From Yuukianura sp. NJ FZ-2021 (lineage: Eukaryota), in NCBI GenBank assembly GCA_046563655.1, contig CM102286.1, forward strand, positions 372,001-436,000: DNA of 64,000 nt, read 5' to 3'. The notes under the pieces were generated by a model that was given only the letters and a program-made list of their open reading frames with translations, was not told the DNA's origin and did not search any database. The position numbers and the translations under genes are program-made. This document shows, in pieces, positions 44,206 through 58,105 of this stretch. How positions within the stretch are numbered: the stretch's first letter is position 1; the number at the start of each line of letters is the position of its first letter.

Positions 44206-44714
44206 GGTTCCATGCCATTGGTTCAAATGAATTGGTTCAAATCCAATTGGTTCAAATGAAAAGGTTCAAAACCAATTGGTTCAAGAGACCAATTGATTCA
44301 AGAGGCAAATTGGTTCAAGAGAAAATCGGTTCAAAACTATTTGGTTCAAGATGCTAATTGGTTCAACCAACCAATTGGTTCAAAACCTAATTAACTTTAA
44401 AAAAACAGGCTGCAGAAACCTAACTAACCTAACTTGGCATCACTACGGGAAATTTAATCACCTAACCTAACACCGCGCCTTCGGCGCGGGAAAATAACAC
44501 AGGGTTTAGTACTAAATAAATATATTTATTTAGTTTTTGAACCAATTTGCCAATTGAACCAATTGGTCTCTTGAACCAATTAGTTTTGAACCAATTGTCT
44601 CTTGAACCAATTTGCTTCTTGAACCAATTGGTCTCTTGAACCAATTGGTTTTGAACCTTTTCATTTGAACGAATTGGATTTGAACCAATTCATTTGAACC
44701 AATGGCGTGCTCCC
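44206..44714. mobile_element. 509-bp foldback / Mutator-like non-autonomous DNA element
   Basis: Long inverted arms built of aattggttcaa / ttgaaccaatt subrepeats, GG...CC termini, 8-bp TSD TGTTAAAC (44198-44205 and 44715-44722). The empty site is visible upstream of paralogues 6 and 7. Confidence 0.85.
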
Positions 44715-45413
44715 TGTTAAACACAATGTGAAAACTTCTTGCAGTTCCCGAGGAGTTCAGGTACAAACTACAAGGACAAAGGCCGTAAAATGGCTTGTTT
44801 CTTATTTTACCGTAAATTTTCAAGCGGTACCCCCGGGGTATGAATTCTTCCGTCGGCCTTGAGATGGGTACAAATAGGGAACGAGGTACGAATTGTTTTG
44901 CCAGCATTCGGAAGAGGGGTACTAATAGGGTGGCGGGCGTTATTTGGAACTGGGATGCTATTTGGAAATTTACGGTATTCTTGTTTGGGAACAATAGTTT
45001 TGGGTTGTCAACCAATCCCGAATGCGGCATTTTTCCAAAACTCAACAAGTGAGTTTGTTTTGTGGAAAAATATTCTTCAAATTTGATTTACTCAAAAGAA
45101 AAATTGAGCTCAGTGTTGTTGCAACAGCGCACACTCACATTTCCATAAAATTGCGTGATTCCCAATATTTGAAGTTGAAATTGAATGGCTTTCGCCAGCG
45201 TTGAGATATTTTATACAATGTTTTATTGAATTTCGTGTAATAATCTATTTTGTTCACAGTGATGAAATATATTTGAGTAAAATACTCACAATGAATAAAT
45301 TATAAAATTAGTAAAACCCAAAAAACAAAAACTGAAAAAGGGCTGAATAATAGTTATAAAATGTATACGAAAAATAGAAAATATTTAATTGTCATGTTGA
45401 ACAGGAGTCTAAG

Positions 45414-47505
45414 TTATTGCTGTGTCTTGGGACCATCCAGTTTGAATCCAATAGTCGGAATGAACCCTTGGGTTAACCCGATCACCGCCGGGTTTTGACC
45501 CGGGACTTCCTCAAATCGGAAGTTGATTGTCTTACCCTCCACAGTAATCGACTTGTTTCTTCCATCGCATCCCATCGGACTGAGGTACAGGTTAGGTCTG
45601 TAGGCGCCCTACAACAAAACGATAATTTGTCTTTAAATCTGATAACTTCTGTAAATTTCTGTCAACCTTCAAAGATTTATGATTGTGTAGAGTAGTTTCA
45701 TTATTATTAAAAACATACATCGTCAATGTAAAATTTAAGTGTGTACCAAACCCCAGGCTCAAGTTGAGTGGGTTTAGAGAATTGTAGCTGGAATGTTCTG
45801 TCCAACTGATCAACCTCAGGCATTTTTGTTCCGGAAGCCAATTCCTCTTCAGTTGCTGCATTTACAATTGCGATTATAAATTCGATTTCAGAATCGGTAT
45901 CGTCGTGATACTCGACGTATTCTGTTCCAGCGTTCACTCCAACACTAGTAATCCAAATCGGATTATCCACCGAGAATCTAGAAATTAAAACAATTTCACT
46001 TCATTTTTAACTTGCTAAAGCTACTTTATGCATCGTCCTTGTCCGTCTGTCTGTCTCAGGGAATTATCTCGGAAACCGTCCAATTGACTGTATCACTTTG
46101 AATACCGAGTGAACCCGGAATCACTATTGAATTCCGGTAGGTTAACTCCAACCGGGTCAAAGGTCAAGGTCAACATAAAATATACCTGAGCCGATGGATC
46201 GGGTCAGCGTAGTCCTCTACCGTCAAATCCTGGAAAGTGCTTTCAATGTGTTCCAGAACTAACTGATTTCGGAGATTGGGATCATCCGGAACTGGTACGA
46301 GACGATGCAGAACATGCTCCTGTGCAGTCTTCTGTTCTTTCAACCAAGTTCGTTCTTTTCTATTGAATTCTCCCGGAGGAATGTCATTTCTGAAAATAAT
46401 AAAACGTCTTAAATATTATATTTGCATTATATACTTTACATAGTATTCAAAAATTACAGTTTGTCTTTGTCGATGTTGAAGTAGAGCAGAATGGAGATGA
46501 GTTCATTGTCGGTGAGTATTTTCAATGGTGGCACGAGAACGGAAAAGTCGTGTTTATTCATCACTGGAAACCGAACCATCGGCAGCAGATCCGTCAGCAA
46601 AATCCGAAGAGCAGATCCGGTCGGTTCGACACCCCCGATCTTACACATATCTTTTCCCCAACTAAAATTTTTTTGTCCAATAATTCTTGAATAATTTAAC
46701 ATTACGAAATTATCATTGTTTTTCAATTTTTACCGCAGAACGGCGTTAAACACTTGAGTTTCGTTTCTTGCCGCCAGGTCATCAGATGCCAAAATTATGA
46801 GAAGAATATCAGGCGTGAATTCCAAAAACTCGTCAGAATCCAAAAATGTATTGGCGTTACTTAAAAAAAAACAAATACACAATTATTACAAACAATACTA
46901 CAAAAAAGTGGATCAGTTTTAATTAGTTTTTAAAACTACATGGTTTATTTATTAATTTATGCTAACCTCAAAATGAATTGAAGTGCTTGGTCGCACAAAT
47001 CCTCTTTTCTGTACTGTTTTCCCAATTGGTAAACGGAAAATACGGATTTGGCAGTAATTTGTGCGAGAGTCTTCCAGCACCATTCCTCCAAATCCAGCAC
47101 TTTGAACTCAACAGCATACTTGAGGACGTTAGCCACTTCTGTCGGTTTCGGAAACTCTCCGGTGTATAAAAACTAGTTTTATTCAAATTAAAATTATAAT
47201 TAGCATAAAAGTTAGAGCTGGAGAATGTCGTGGAAATTTCCACAAATACATTTTTTTTAACTTACGCGCAGAAATAGTCTAAAATCATTTGCGTTTCCAT
47301 GTTCAATAATGATGATGGGAAAGAGAAGATTCTGTTCGTATAAGATCTTCTGCCTAAGAACAACAGAATGCACCATAAGGATGAAGCGATGACCTGTGAC
47401 CTCTTCTTGTTTCGGCCCTACGCGAAAGGTCACGTCGCCTGGATGCCAACTACCACCTTCCAGAAGTGCAATTAGTCGTTGACGATGGTCGGTTCCATGT
47501 TCCAT
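45414..47505 (-). CDS. BTB-BACK-PHR-like protein 6
   Basis: MEHGTDHRQRLIALLEGG...; exons paralogous to copies 2 and 3, ending ...QGFIPTIGFKLDGPKTQQ*. Confidence 0.8.
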
Positions 47506-48329
47506 TTCTTGCGTCTTACAATGTTAAGCACAATGTGAAAAATACCTGCAGTGAACGAGGAGTTCTGGTTACAACTAAAAGGACAAGGCCGCAAAACGGA
47601 TTGTTTCTTATTTTACCGTAAATTTCCAAATGGTGCCCCCGGGGTACGAATTCTTCCGTCGGCCTTGAGGCGAGCACAAGTAGGGAACTGGTTGGGAACA
47701 GTTTTGTCAGCATTCGGAGCAGGGGCACTACCTAATAGGGTGGCGGACATTATTTGGAACGGGGATGCTATTTGGAAATTTACGGTATTCTTGTTTGGGA
47801 ACAATAGTTTTGGGTTTTCAACCAATCCCGATTCCCGGATGCATTTCTTCTGCTAAACTCAACAAAGTGAGTTTCCTTTGTGGAAAAATATTTTCAGATT
47901 TACTAAAAATAAAAATTGAGCTCAGTGTTGTCGCAACAGCGCACGCTGACATAGAAATTTTCCACAAAATTGGACTGCCTGATTCCCATTTTGTGAAGTT
48001 GAAATTGAATTGCATTCTCCAGCGTTGAGATATTTCGTACAATGTTTTGTTGAATTTCTTTTATAAATATATTTTTTCCACAATGAATAATATATATTTG
48101 AACAAAATGTTCACAAAAAATAAAATAAAAATGAATAAAACTTAAAAGCAGAAACTGAAAAAGCGCTGAAAGGTAAACTAAATCTGCGCAAACGCAAGTC
48201 GTTGGCAGAATAATAATGTCAAGGGAACAAGTTTTTCAAAATGAATAATAGTTATAAAATAATGTATGCAAAAAAAAAGAAAATAGTCCGTAAATATTTA
48301 ATTGTCATGTCGAACAGCAGGAGTCTAAG

Positions 48330-50421
48330 TTATTGTGTGTTGGGATTAAACAATTTGAATCCAATATTTGGAATGAACCCATGAGTTAACCCGATCACAG
48401 CCGGGTTTTGACTCGGAACTTCCTCAAATCGGAAGTTGATTGTCTTTCCATCCACAGTAATCGACTTACTTCTTCCATCGGATCCCATTGGAGATTGGTA
48501 CAATTTCGGTTGGTAGACGCCCTAGAACAAAACAATTTATTCTTTAAAAATCTGTTAATTTCTGTTTTTGAGCAACTGTCAAAGGTTATGATTATGTAGA
48601 GCAATTTCAGTATTATTAAAAACATACATTTTCAATGTTAAATCTAAGTGTGTACCAAATCCCAGGTTCAACCTGAATGGGTTTGGAGAAATATAGCTGG
48701 AATGATTTGTCCAACTGATCAACATCAGGCGCTCCAACTTTTCTTCCACAAGCCAAAAACTTTTTAGTTGCTGCATTTTCAATTGCGATTACAAATATGA
48801 TTTCAGAATCAAATTCGTCTAACTCGTCATAACTGACGTAAGATGTTCCATCGTTCACTCCAACACTAGTAATCCAAATAGGATGGTCCACGGAGAATCT
48901 AGAAATTAAAACAATTTCATTTCATGTTTACGGAATAAAAAACTACTTTATGCATCTGCCTTTGTCTGTCTGTCCGTCACGCGTCAGGCCGTCTAAGGCA
49001 AAAATTGGGGCATCGGGACTATTGCGTATGGTTCCGGAAGGTCAAGTCCATCCGGGTCAATGGTGAAGGTCAAAATTTAAAATATACCTCAGCCGATGGA
49101 TCGGGTCCCCCAAGTCCTCTCTAATCAAATGTTGGAAAGTGCTTTCAATGTGTTCACAAACTAACTCTTTACGGAGATCGGGATCGCTCGGAAGTTGTTC
49201 GAGGCGGCGAAGAACGTGCTCATTTTCAGTCGTCCGTCCTTCGAACCAAGTACGCTCTTTTGTGTTGAATGAGCATGGGAACATGTCATTTCTAAAAATT
49301 ATCAGACTTATTACATTTTTGTTACTTAATTTAATTGATATATTTTGAAAAATATTACAGTTTGTCTTTGTCGATGTTGAAGTGGAGCAGAATGGAGATG
49401 ATTTCATCGTTGGTGAGTATTAAACTCGAGTCGTTGAGTATTACATCTAAAAAGTCGTCTTTATTCATCACCGGAAACCGAATCATCGGAAGCAGATCGG
49501 TCAACACAATCCGAAGATCAGCTCCGGCCGGTTCCACGCCCCTGATCGTACACATCTCTTTTCCCCAACTAAAATATTTTGTCCAAAAATTCTTGAATAA
49601 TTTTAAACTTAAAAAAATGTAAACTTTACGAAAGAAAAATTCTTTGTTTTTCAGTTTTCTTTTTTACCGCAGAACGGCGTTAAACACTTGAGTTTCGTTT
49701 TTTGCCGCGAGTTCATCGGATGCCAATACTATGAGGAGAATATCAGGCGTGAATTTCAAAAACTCTTCGGAATCCAAAATTGTATTGGCGTTCCTTAAAG
49801 AAACAAATACACAATGATTACAAAAATACTAAGAAGGTAATTCAACATGGTGTTAATCACTTGTTAAAGCTAACCTCAAAATGAATTGAATTACTCGCTC
49901 ACGCAATTCGTCTTTTCCATACTTGAGTGCCAATTGGTAAGCAGTAACTACCGATTGTTCTGTGATTTGTTCCAGCGTCTCCCAGCACCATTGTTCCAAA
50001 TCCAGCACTTTGAACTCCACAGCATACTTGAGCACGTTAGTCACTTCTGTCGGTTTTGGAAACTCTCCAGTGTATAAAAACTAGTAGTTTCAATTAAATT
50101 AAAAATATGAACAGCATAAAACTTAAATATGGGCAATTTGTTCAAAATTTCCATATCCGCCATTATTTTTGAAAATCTTACGCGCAGAAACAGTTTAAAA
50201 TCCTTTGCGTTCCCATCTTGAATTCCGATGACAGGAAACACACCGTTGTTGTTGTATAAGATCCTCTGCCTAAGAACAACAGAATGCACCATAAGCACGA
50301 ACCTGTGACCTTTGACCTCTTCGTTTTTCGGTCCTACGACAAAAGTCACGTCGCCTGGATACCAACTATCATCTTCTATAAGTGCAGTGAGTCGTTGACG
50401 ATGGTTGGCGCCATGTTCCAT
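48330..50421 (-). CDS. BTB-BACK-PHR-like protein 7
   Basis: MEHGANHRQRLTALIEDD...; ends ...GLTHGFIPNIGFKLFNPNTQ*. Confidence 0.8.
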
Positions 50422-51091
50422 TTTCTTGCGTCTTCACAATGTTAAGCACAATGTTAAAAATACTTGCAGTTGAAGAGGAGTTTAGGTACAAACTAAAGGA
50501 CCAAGGCCGCAAAAGGGCTTCTTTTCTTCTTCTACCGTAAACTCCCAAACGGTACCTCTGGCTACGAATTCTTTCGTCAACATTCGGAGGACGGGCACTT
50601 ATGGGGATGGGACATTATTTGGAACAGGGATTTTTTTTTTGGAAATTTACGGTATTCTTGTTTGGGGACAATAGTTTTGGGTTTTCTTTTCAACCAATCC
50701 GGAATGCAGCACTTGTGTAAAACTGAACAAGTGAACTTTTTCAAAAAATGTTCCTCAAATTTCATTTAATAAAAATAAAAATTTATTAGTAATTTGGCAG
50801 ACCCAGATGACTCTTGCGATATGATTGACTCCACTTTGGCTTTCCTATTTTAGCTGAATCAGCGACAAGAAGCATTTGAAGCGTGTCATATTTTATTCTT
50901 TATTTTTATTATACATTATACAATACCTTTTTATTGTACAATAATATACACATATATTATTTAATTTGTATTTAATAAGTTTTCCGTAGTGAATTATTAG
51001 GTCAACTTTTCCACAATGAAATCAACTGCATGGGATTTTGTATCTAAATACTAGATAATTTTTAGATACACATTTAGATTTTATAAAAGTT

Positions 51092-51593
51092 TTAGAGTGC
51101 ATAGAATCTGAACCCAATGATGACTGGAACGAAGAGCAGAACTCCGCTAACCATAACGGACGGTGCATGATTGCACTGATTTGCTTGGCAGAAGCATTTG
51201 ATAAACTGGGTCGGAAATCCCTCCATAGTTTCGATTGTCGTAACTGGGCATTCGTCATTGGTCCGACCGTCCTTTGGAACACATCGGCGAGTAGTCGTAA
51301 TCCAACTGTTGTCGTAGTTTACGACTTCCTGCTCACAGCCCCAGTCATCAGCGGCTACGTCTGGATCGGAACAGTTTGCAATTGCTGTTGGATTGTCCTT
51401 GCAATTTGGATCACTCACGCTACCACACACGTAACACTCATGACCTATAGAACACATTTTTAAAAAAAAATTAAAATTAACTTGGATTTCAAAATTTTCA
51501 AAATCTGTTTAAAAAAAATTTTCAAAACTTACTGTAAGTATAGGCGAAGGTGGAAACCAAAACGAAAAGAAAAATTGTACACTTGGGTGCCAT
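51092..51593 (-). CDS. Ly6/uPAR three-finger protein (quiver/sleepless-like), likely GPI-anchored
   Basis: Exon 1 51593-51533 (signal peptide MAPKCTIFLFVLVSTFAYTYS), exon 2 51444-51092: CYVC...RRC...CFCQANQCN with 10 Cys, then a hydrophobic C-terminus. Confidence 0.85.
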
Positions 51594-51926
51594 TTTTCGA
51601 CAAGTTATGTTGGTTTTCACAATTTTCAGTTTTACCGGACACAAGTGTTTTTGGAATTGCACTAAATGCATTATAAAGCTAACCTTCATTTAGCACTAGA
51701 CTATTAAATTTTCAAAAGTGATACTGCTAATCTTTTCAAGTGCGATTAAATCACGGAAGGTTGATCGACATGACGGTCAAGTGAAATGTGAAAATGTGAT
51801 TGATTGTCTGCAAATTGCACTAATCTTATTTGCTCTTCAATTTCATAGTCATAATCACAGTTTTTAAAAAGTTTTGCTAAAAAACTAAAAATCCTAAGAA
51901 CCTTAGTGACCTATTGTGGGTTTTCG

Positions 51927-52851
51927 TCAAGACAGTCGTCCAATGAAGTGGCTTCCAGGATACATTTTAGCTTGACTTTCCCATTGAACAAAAAATTTGT
52001 CTACAAAATGACGCAGGATGACACCGCTTAGAGAAAGACTTTTGACGCGACAAATGCTCTCGACGTAGATCATCTTGCAGTGCATTAGTCCCAGTTTCTG
52101 AAAAATCAAACACAAAATCGTTAAATATCAAATGATTAGTGATTTAGTGCTAAGAAATGGTACCTAATTTAATTAATTTTGAACTTACTGTGCTTAAAAA
52201 CGCAACGAGACACAGAGGAACACAGACACCAGGTCCATTGCACAGAATCTAGAAAACAGCGGGTAATCGTAAATCGGATAGTCGGACTTGAATTCGGATA
52301 AAGATTCGTTTTGAATAACAATTTTGCTAGTTAACGAATTACTTTGAACTTACCAACCCCGGTCTCGTGCTAACGAGAATTGAAATGGCGTGAAGTGTGG
52401 AGATTACAGTTGTAAAACAAGATGTAATCCAGGATTGGCCAACATTTCGGGATCTGAATATGCTATGGATTGAGAACTGTGCAGATGATGATGATGATCG
52501 TTCCTCCTCCGATGCAATTGCTTTCTTGCGACTCAGATCATCTGACTTTGAATAAACATAAACTATCGGGGAGTAGAGTGAAGGTGACAATGTTTCTGTT
52601 ATTGACAGAATCTCCTTTGTATGTCCACCTATAACAGAATCCAGACATCAAAGTTGAACCTTTTCGTAATAGTAGTGGATGGATCCAGATCATAAAATCG
52701 ATTTACCAGATCCTAAAATGACCATAGTTTTTACTGGAATGTTCGTGAATTGAGGCGCCCTTGACCTCGACTTTCCGTAGATCCAAAACAGCAACGTCAA
52801 AGCAACGACAAAAGCGATAACGTTCCATGTACAGCAAAAGGGACAACCCAT
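51927..52851 (-). CDS. ALG14: UDP-N-acetylglucosamine transferase subunit ALG14
   Basis: Exons 52851-52707, 52628-52354, 52248-52189, 52097-51927. N-terminal TM, VILGSGGHTKE, RSRNVGQSW, ILCNGPGVCVP, IYVESICRVKSLSLSG, FFVQW. Confidence 0.93.
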
Positions 52852-55800
52852 CGTCTTCTTGTATCCAGGTGCCGGTTATGTAGCACCGAAATGGTCTCTT
52901 TAACTCCAATTAAAATTAACTACAAAATTAACTGTTGATTAACTTCAACTATCAAATTTTGTGAATACTTTGTATTACCAAGCAGCTGTTGTGTGTGACT
53001 TTCTGTTTATAATGATCAGCTGATTTGCTGAGCTGTCAAATCTCTCGCCTGCCTAATCCTCGGAACTCGCAGATAATGCGGCGTACATACCGTTCAACTT
53101 AGCATTCCCTTACGAGAGTATTTCTTCAAGCTGCGATGTCGCGAATCATCGACCTCTGGCCTTCTAACCTTTAAGATTAAGTTTAATGTGCCTAACGCTT
53201 ATTTTGACGATTCAACGATATCAATTTTAAGAAAGCCCGGGTATTTTCAATTGTGTAATATTTTCCCGTGCATATGCGTAGCCTTTCCACCAGCAGCTTC
53301 AGTTTGGTTTGAATTTTTAGCAGTTGATGACGACAGTGAGCAGCAACTTAAGGAGGGGAGCGTTCCAGGAAGATGAGGCGTGAAAAAAATTAAGGAGGGG
53401 TGAAAAAAATTAAGGAGAGGGTAATTTTTCTCTGTTTTTGTTATTGAGTGAGTATGCAAATCCAGGATGAGTTTCTTATTTGTTCCGCTGAGCTCTACAA
53501 GAAAAGCCCGGGAAAAAAATTGGGGTGAAATTCAAACCTCTGACCTCTGGGAAAAGTAAGAGAAGGGGATGAAGATAAATGGGAGAGGGAAGATTCGGAG
53601 GGAAGATTTAAATGAATCTTTTCAAGATGAAATTCAGTCTGTTTTTGTCTCCAAAGATTAAGAAAGGAAGGAGAGCATTTCAAATTTCACACAAATGGAC
53701 AGAAATCGGATAGGGATGGGCACTTGAAAGTGGAGCAAGGGGTGAAACAATGCTCTGCTGACCTCATTAACATATTCTCACTATGGAGATTCAGATATCT
53801 CACACCTTTAATCACACCCCAAAGGTCCCCCTACTCCTCGGAACAAAAGGAAAAGTTCAGACACTCTGAATTTTTAATTTGGAAGCGGGAAGTTTAATTT
53901 CTAAAGGATTTTCATGGACAGGTGAGAAATGGTTTCGTTTGAAAGCTTTTTTGAAGAAATTCAAACTTGAATTAAACTTTTGGCCTGTTTGTAAATTTTT
54001 GTGGCCGACTAAAAAGTTGACTAGAGCGGAAATCAGTAGTTTTCCCGCGATTAGTTGATTTTTTCTTTTGAACTAATTAGGTATGAGTTGTTTCAAAGTT
54101 TGTAGTTTGCCTTCCGCTGAACGATTTTGAATGAATTTTTTTTCAAAGTTGGTTTTTTGTTTCACTTTTTTGAAAATTGCTGATTAGAATTCATGTGGTG
54201 TTGCTATTTGTTAGCGTCCAGTTACATGTAAAGAAATGAACGTCTGTCGTAAATGAATTGGACACTAGTTTGTTCTAAATTCTGTTCAAACAGCTTTGAA
54301 ATCGTTTCCGGTCAACACAATCCACTCCACCATTAACGTATGGACAAAACTACAAGGATGGACACAGGAAGTTCATCATCTGTTCGATTTCACCGCGAGA
54401 TTTTGAATTTCAAAAAAGTTGTTGGCGGCTAAATGCTAACTAAAAACAACTTTTCAAAAAAACGCAAAAACTCCCGTGCATCTTCCATCTGGTCGCATCC
54501 TCTCAAGTGTCCATTCAATTTCAAATTAATTACGACATTTTTTTAACAAAGTAAGCTTTTATGTGTTAAACCTTACGGATGATTTAGCAAATTATTTTGA
54601 AAGCTTAAGTTTTCAAACATTCAATTTTGTTTTAAAAAGTCCACTTTTTCTTCTTTTAATTAGCGTCAGTTTGAACTTGTCTCATCACCGGGCGACCAAA
54701 CCGACTTTTCTCCTTACTTTTTTAAAAACTTAAGAAGTTCAGAACAAACTGAAAACTTGTTTGTATAATTTATGTAGTCTAATTTTTCATCAACTCCGTT
54801 AGAGTCCGTCCGGTTTCAAACGCCTACCACCTTTTCAAAACTTCTAAATTTTCGAATCTCCCGCTGCTTCTTATGCCTTCCTTTTCCAATAGCATAAATC
54901 CACAACTTTTTTCCGTTTTGGCAACTTTTTCAAACTTTTTAAAAAATTTTCAAAAATTTATGTTCCCCGCCATTATGCCTAACAAGCTTCATGTTTTTGG
55001 CGTACGGCGGAGAGGCTAATGGCCCATCCCTTCCGCAAATCAACTCATGATGAACATGATCCAAATTGAAAGAAAACTTCATTTCATAATCCAGTTTTTC
55101 TCAATTCATTTTTTATAGTTTTTACGCGCATGACCTCGTCAATTATGATGAACCTGAATTCAAACTTTTTCAATTTGAATTTGAAAAACGAACCAATTTG
55201 AAACCTGCATTCCTAATTGAACTCTCCAAATCAATTGATATGCATAGTATCCACTTCGTTGTCGTTGAAGAAAAAAAGGCGGGAACGAACAGTGGCAAGT
55301 GCCAGCGGACGTGAGAGCAGAAATTTGCTCGTTTCAAAAACTTTTCTGAAATTTAAAAAGTTGCAAACAGCTTAAACACTTTGGTGGGTGCTAATGAGTT
55401 CATCAGTGGAGTGCGAAAGATAATTAGCAGAAAGAAGGTGGGACTATGGTGGGGCGCCTTGTTTGAAACGGAGCTTTTAATTTCTCCACTTCGTGTCAAA
55501 CTAACTTGAACTGACTGCTAATCGACTTCTGCAAAATTTTTGAAACTTTTATACTTTAGCGGCACCTAAAACCCGCATACAGGTAGCGTGTGGAGAAGCA
55601 ATCAAGAGACTTAAACTGAATTTGCAATTTCAAATTTTTTGCAACTCCCGCCCAAAGTCCTAATTCCTCTCTTGTGACTAAGATTTATTGGCGGAACAAA
55701 CAAAAATTGTTCAAGTTCAATTTTTTACACACTTAGACAGTAAACGTGTGCGACTTCAAAGTAAAAAAAAAAAGTTGGCGTTTGACCTCTTGAGCTTGAC

Positions 55801-58046
55801 CTTTTAAAAAACATGAAAATGGCGGAACTTTCAAAGTGGATTTAAAAGTTTCAAAGTGATTTGAAATTGCCGCCGGACGGACACAACCAGAGCACAGCCG
55901 TTTGCATAACTTAGCTTTCATAATAATTTTCAACTTGACACTAATCGGCCAATTTTCGAGGTTACAAAATGTGAAATGTTAAAAGACACAAATGTGACAC
56001 CCTGAGGAAACAATTTCAAAATTTTCAGAATCCAAACAAAAAATTTTCTTGCTCAATTAAAAATGTACTCTAAAAGCGGTTCTGATTTTTAATAAAAAAA
56101 AAGAAGAATTTTTGTAGAATAGAATTTCTTTGTTAAATTTTTTGTGTAAAGGTCGAAAATGATTATAAAATTGTCTTTTTTTCAATTTTTTGAGATTGTT
56201 AGGTTGAAGTTGTAATTTTTGTTACCTTAGGCATTGCATTAGGTGATCGATAGAATGTACACCTTTGAGTGTTACAATGTAAGGTGCATTTGAAAACAAC
56301 TTTTGTGTACTTGAGGGTGCAGCTTCTGATGGAAGATGCTGTTTCCATACAAATTAGAACTTGATTCGGAGTGGAGTAGATGGTTTGGTTGTGTATAATT
56401 TTGTTAATCAGGAATCTAATGACAAGGAGGATCAAAAGTTCAGAAGCACCAAAGCACACTTTTCACAAATCACCACCAAAATTTAACAAGAATTTTAATA
56501 GGAAACAAAGTTTACAAAAACAGTTTCAAATTATTAACCAAAATCCTGTTTCAAAAAATCCAATCATCACCTTAATCAATCTAGATGAAAATCCTTGCAA
56601 AGTTTTCAGCAACAGTGAAGCAAATTTCCAAAAATCAATTTCAGAAACTTAATTTAACAAAGTTCGATTAAAAAGTTCAAAGTTTGTAAAAATTTTGTGA
56701 AAAACTGGAGGGAAAGTTTGAATTTTTTATTTTTTTGTGTCTAGAACCTAGTGTCTATGGATAAATTTTTTTCTGTTTTGTTGTTTTAAATTATGTGAAA
56801 GTAGGTCAAACAGGTCCAGTTTTTGTGAGATTAAAAATAGACAAAGGAGATGCTGCTTCTGCTGCTGTCTGAGATGAAGATGATGATGGGTTTAACGTCA
56901 AAGCTACTGAAATTGGACGCTATTATCTTTTTTTTTTTTAAAAAAACCCGGGAACCACTTTTTGAAAAATATTCGTGCGGTTGAAAAGTTGAAAAGTATG
57001 TACGAGGTTCAGAAAATAATTTGAATGTGGATTAAAGTGTGTAGTGTTCTCAGGAAAATTTTGATGATAAAATTGTTCTGTACTTTGTGAAGATTTTAGT
57101 AACAGAAATTGACTACTTTGAACATGATTTGTATTTTTACTAACAACAAATTACAACTCCAACCTTACAAAATCCTTCAAAAACTACCGTTAAGATAAAA
57201 ATTAGATGAAAATTAAACTAAAGTTTCAAATGACGCCAAGGTTTGTACAACCAATTTCAAAATCCTAATTTTCAGAAAAAGGTTTAGTATGTTTTTTTCT
57301 TAAATTTTGAATATCAAAATTTGAAATGCCACAAGAACAAAGCCGAAGGCTGTCCAGCGGCAACCCGCCTTTTTTGAAAGTTGTAATTAGGAAAGAGGGA
57401 ACAGGTAATTTGGGGTTAATTGCCAGTAGGCAAAACATTTAAACTTTGCCTGTTCTACTAATCTGTTCAGAACACAAAAACAGTAGGAAAACAACAGCTC
57501 TGTTCAAATTCTAAATTTTAAAACACGATGCTACCAGAAGCTGTTAGTTTGAATTTCCCGCACTTTCAAACCCCACGCACATAATGCAATCTACGCACGT
57601 ACTTATTTGTGCACTAGTTTCTGTGTCATTCCAATTTTGAATTTTCAAATTTAGAAATGGGCCAAAGATTTTTTTAAAAAAAAACAAACACAAAAGTTCA
57701 ATTTCAAAATATTTTTCCCCCGACTTCTCTCTAAATTCTTTTTACTTTTCACTTTTTTTAACACTCAACTAAACTTTAGGTTAGTTTTTCAATGTAGTTG
57801 GGTTACTTAGGTTAGTTTTTCTTTTTAGTTAGGCTAACAAATTAACAACCAACCTAATCCTAACTACTTTCTACTGGAATTCATCAGATTTGACAGAGAT
57901 TAAGATCTGGCTTGTTAGAATTTCAAGTTTTTCCAATCTGTTTGATCGGATCTTGTTGTCTTTTGCTTCAAGATGACTCTTATTAATAAGAACAAAGACA
58001 AGGAGACAGATGAATTGTACAATCTCCACTTGTAATCTAAGTGCTT

Positions 58047-58105
58047 AATAGTTACTCCCTCCACTCATATAGTTACTCCCTCCACTTATATAGTTACTCC
58101 CTCTA
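58047..58105. repeat. 21-bp tandem repeat, ~3 copies
   Basis: atagttactccctccactcat repeated with minor variation. Confidence 0.7.

Noticed and set aside
44530..45048. 172-aa minus-strand ORF and its paralogues near 47516-47825
   Set aside because: Runs from duplicated BTB upstream sequence into the foldback repeats; the frame is not conserved between copies.
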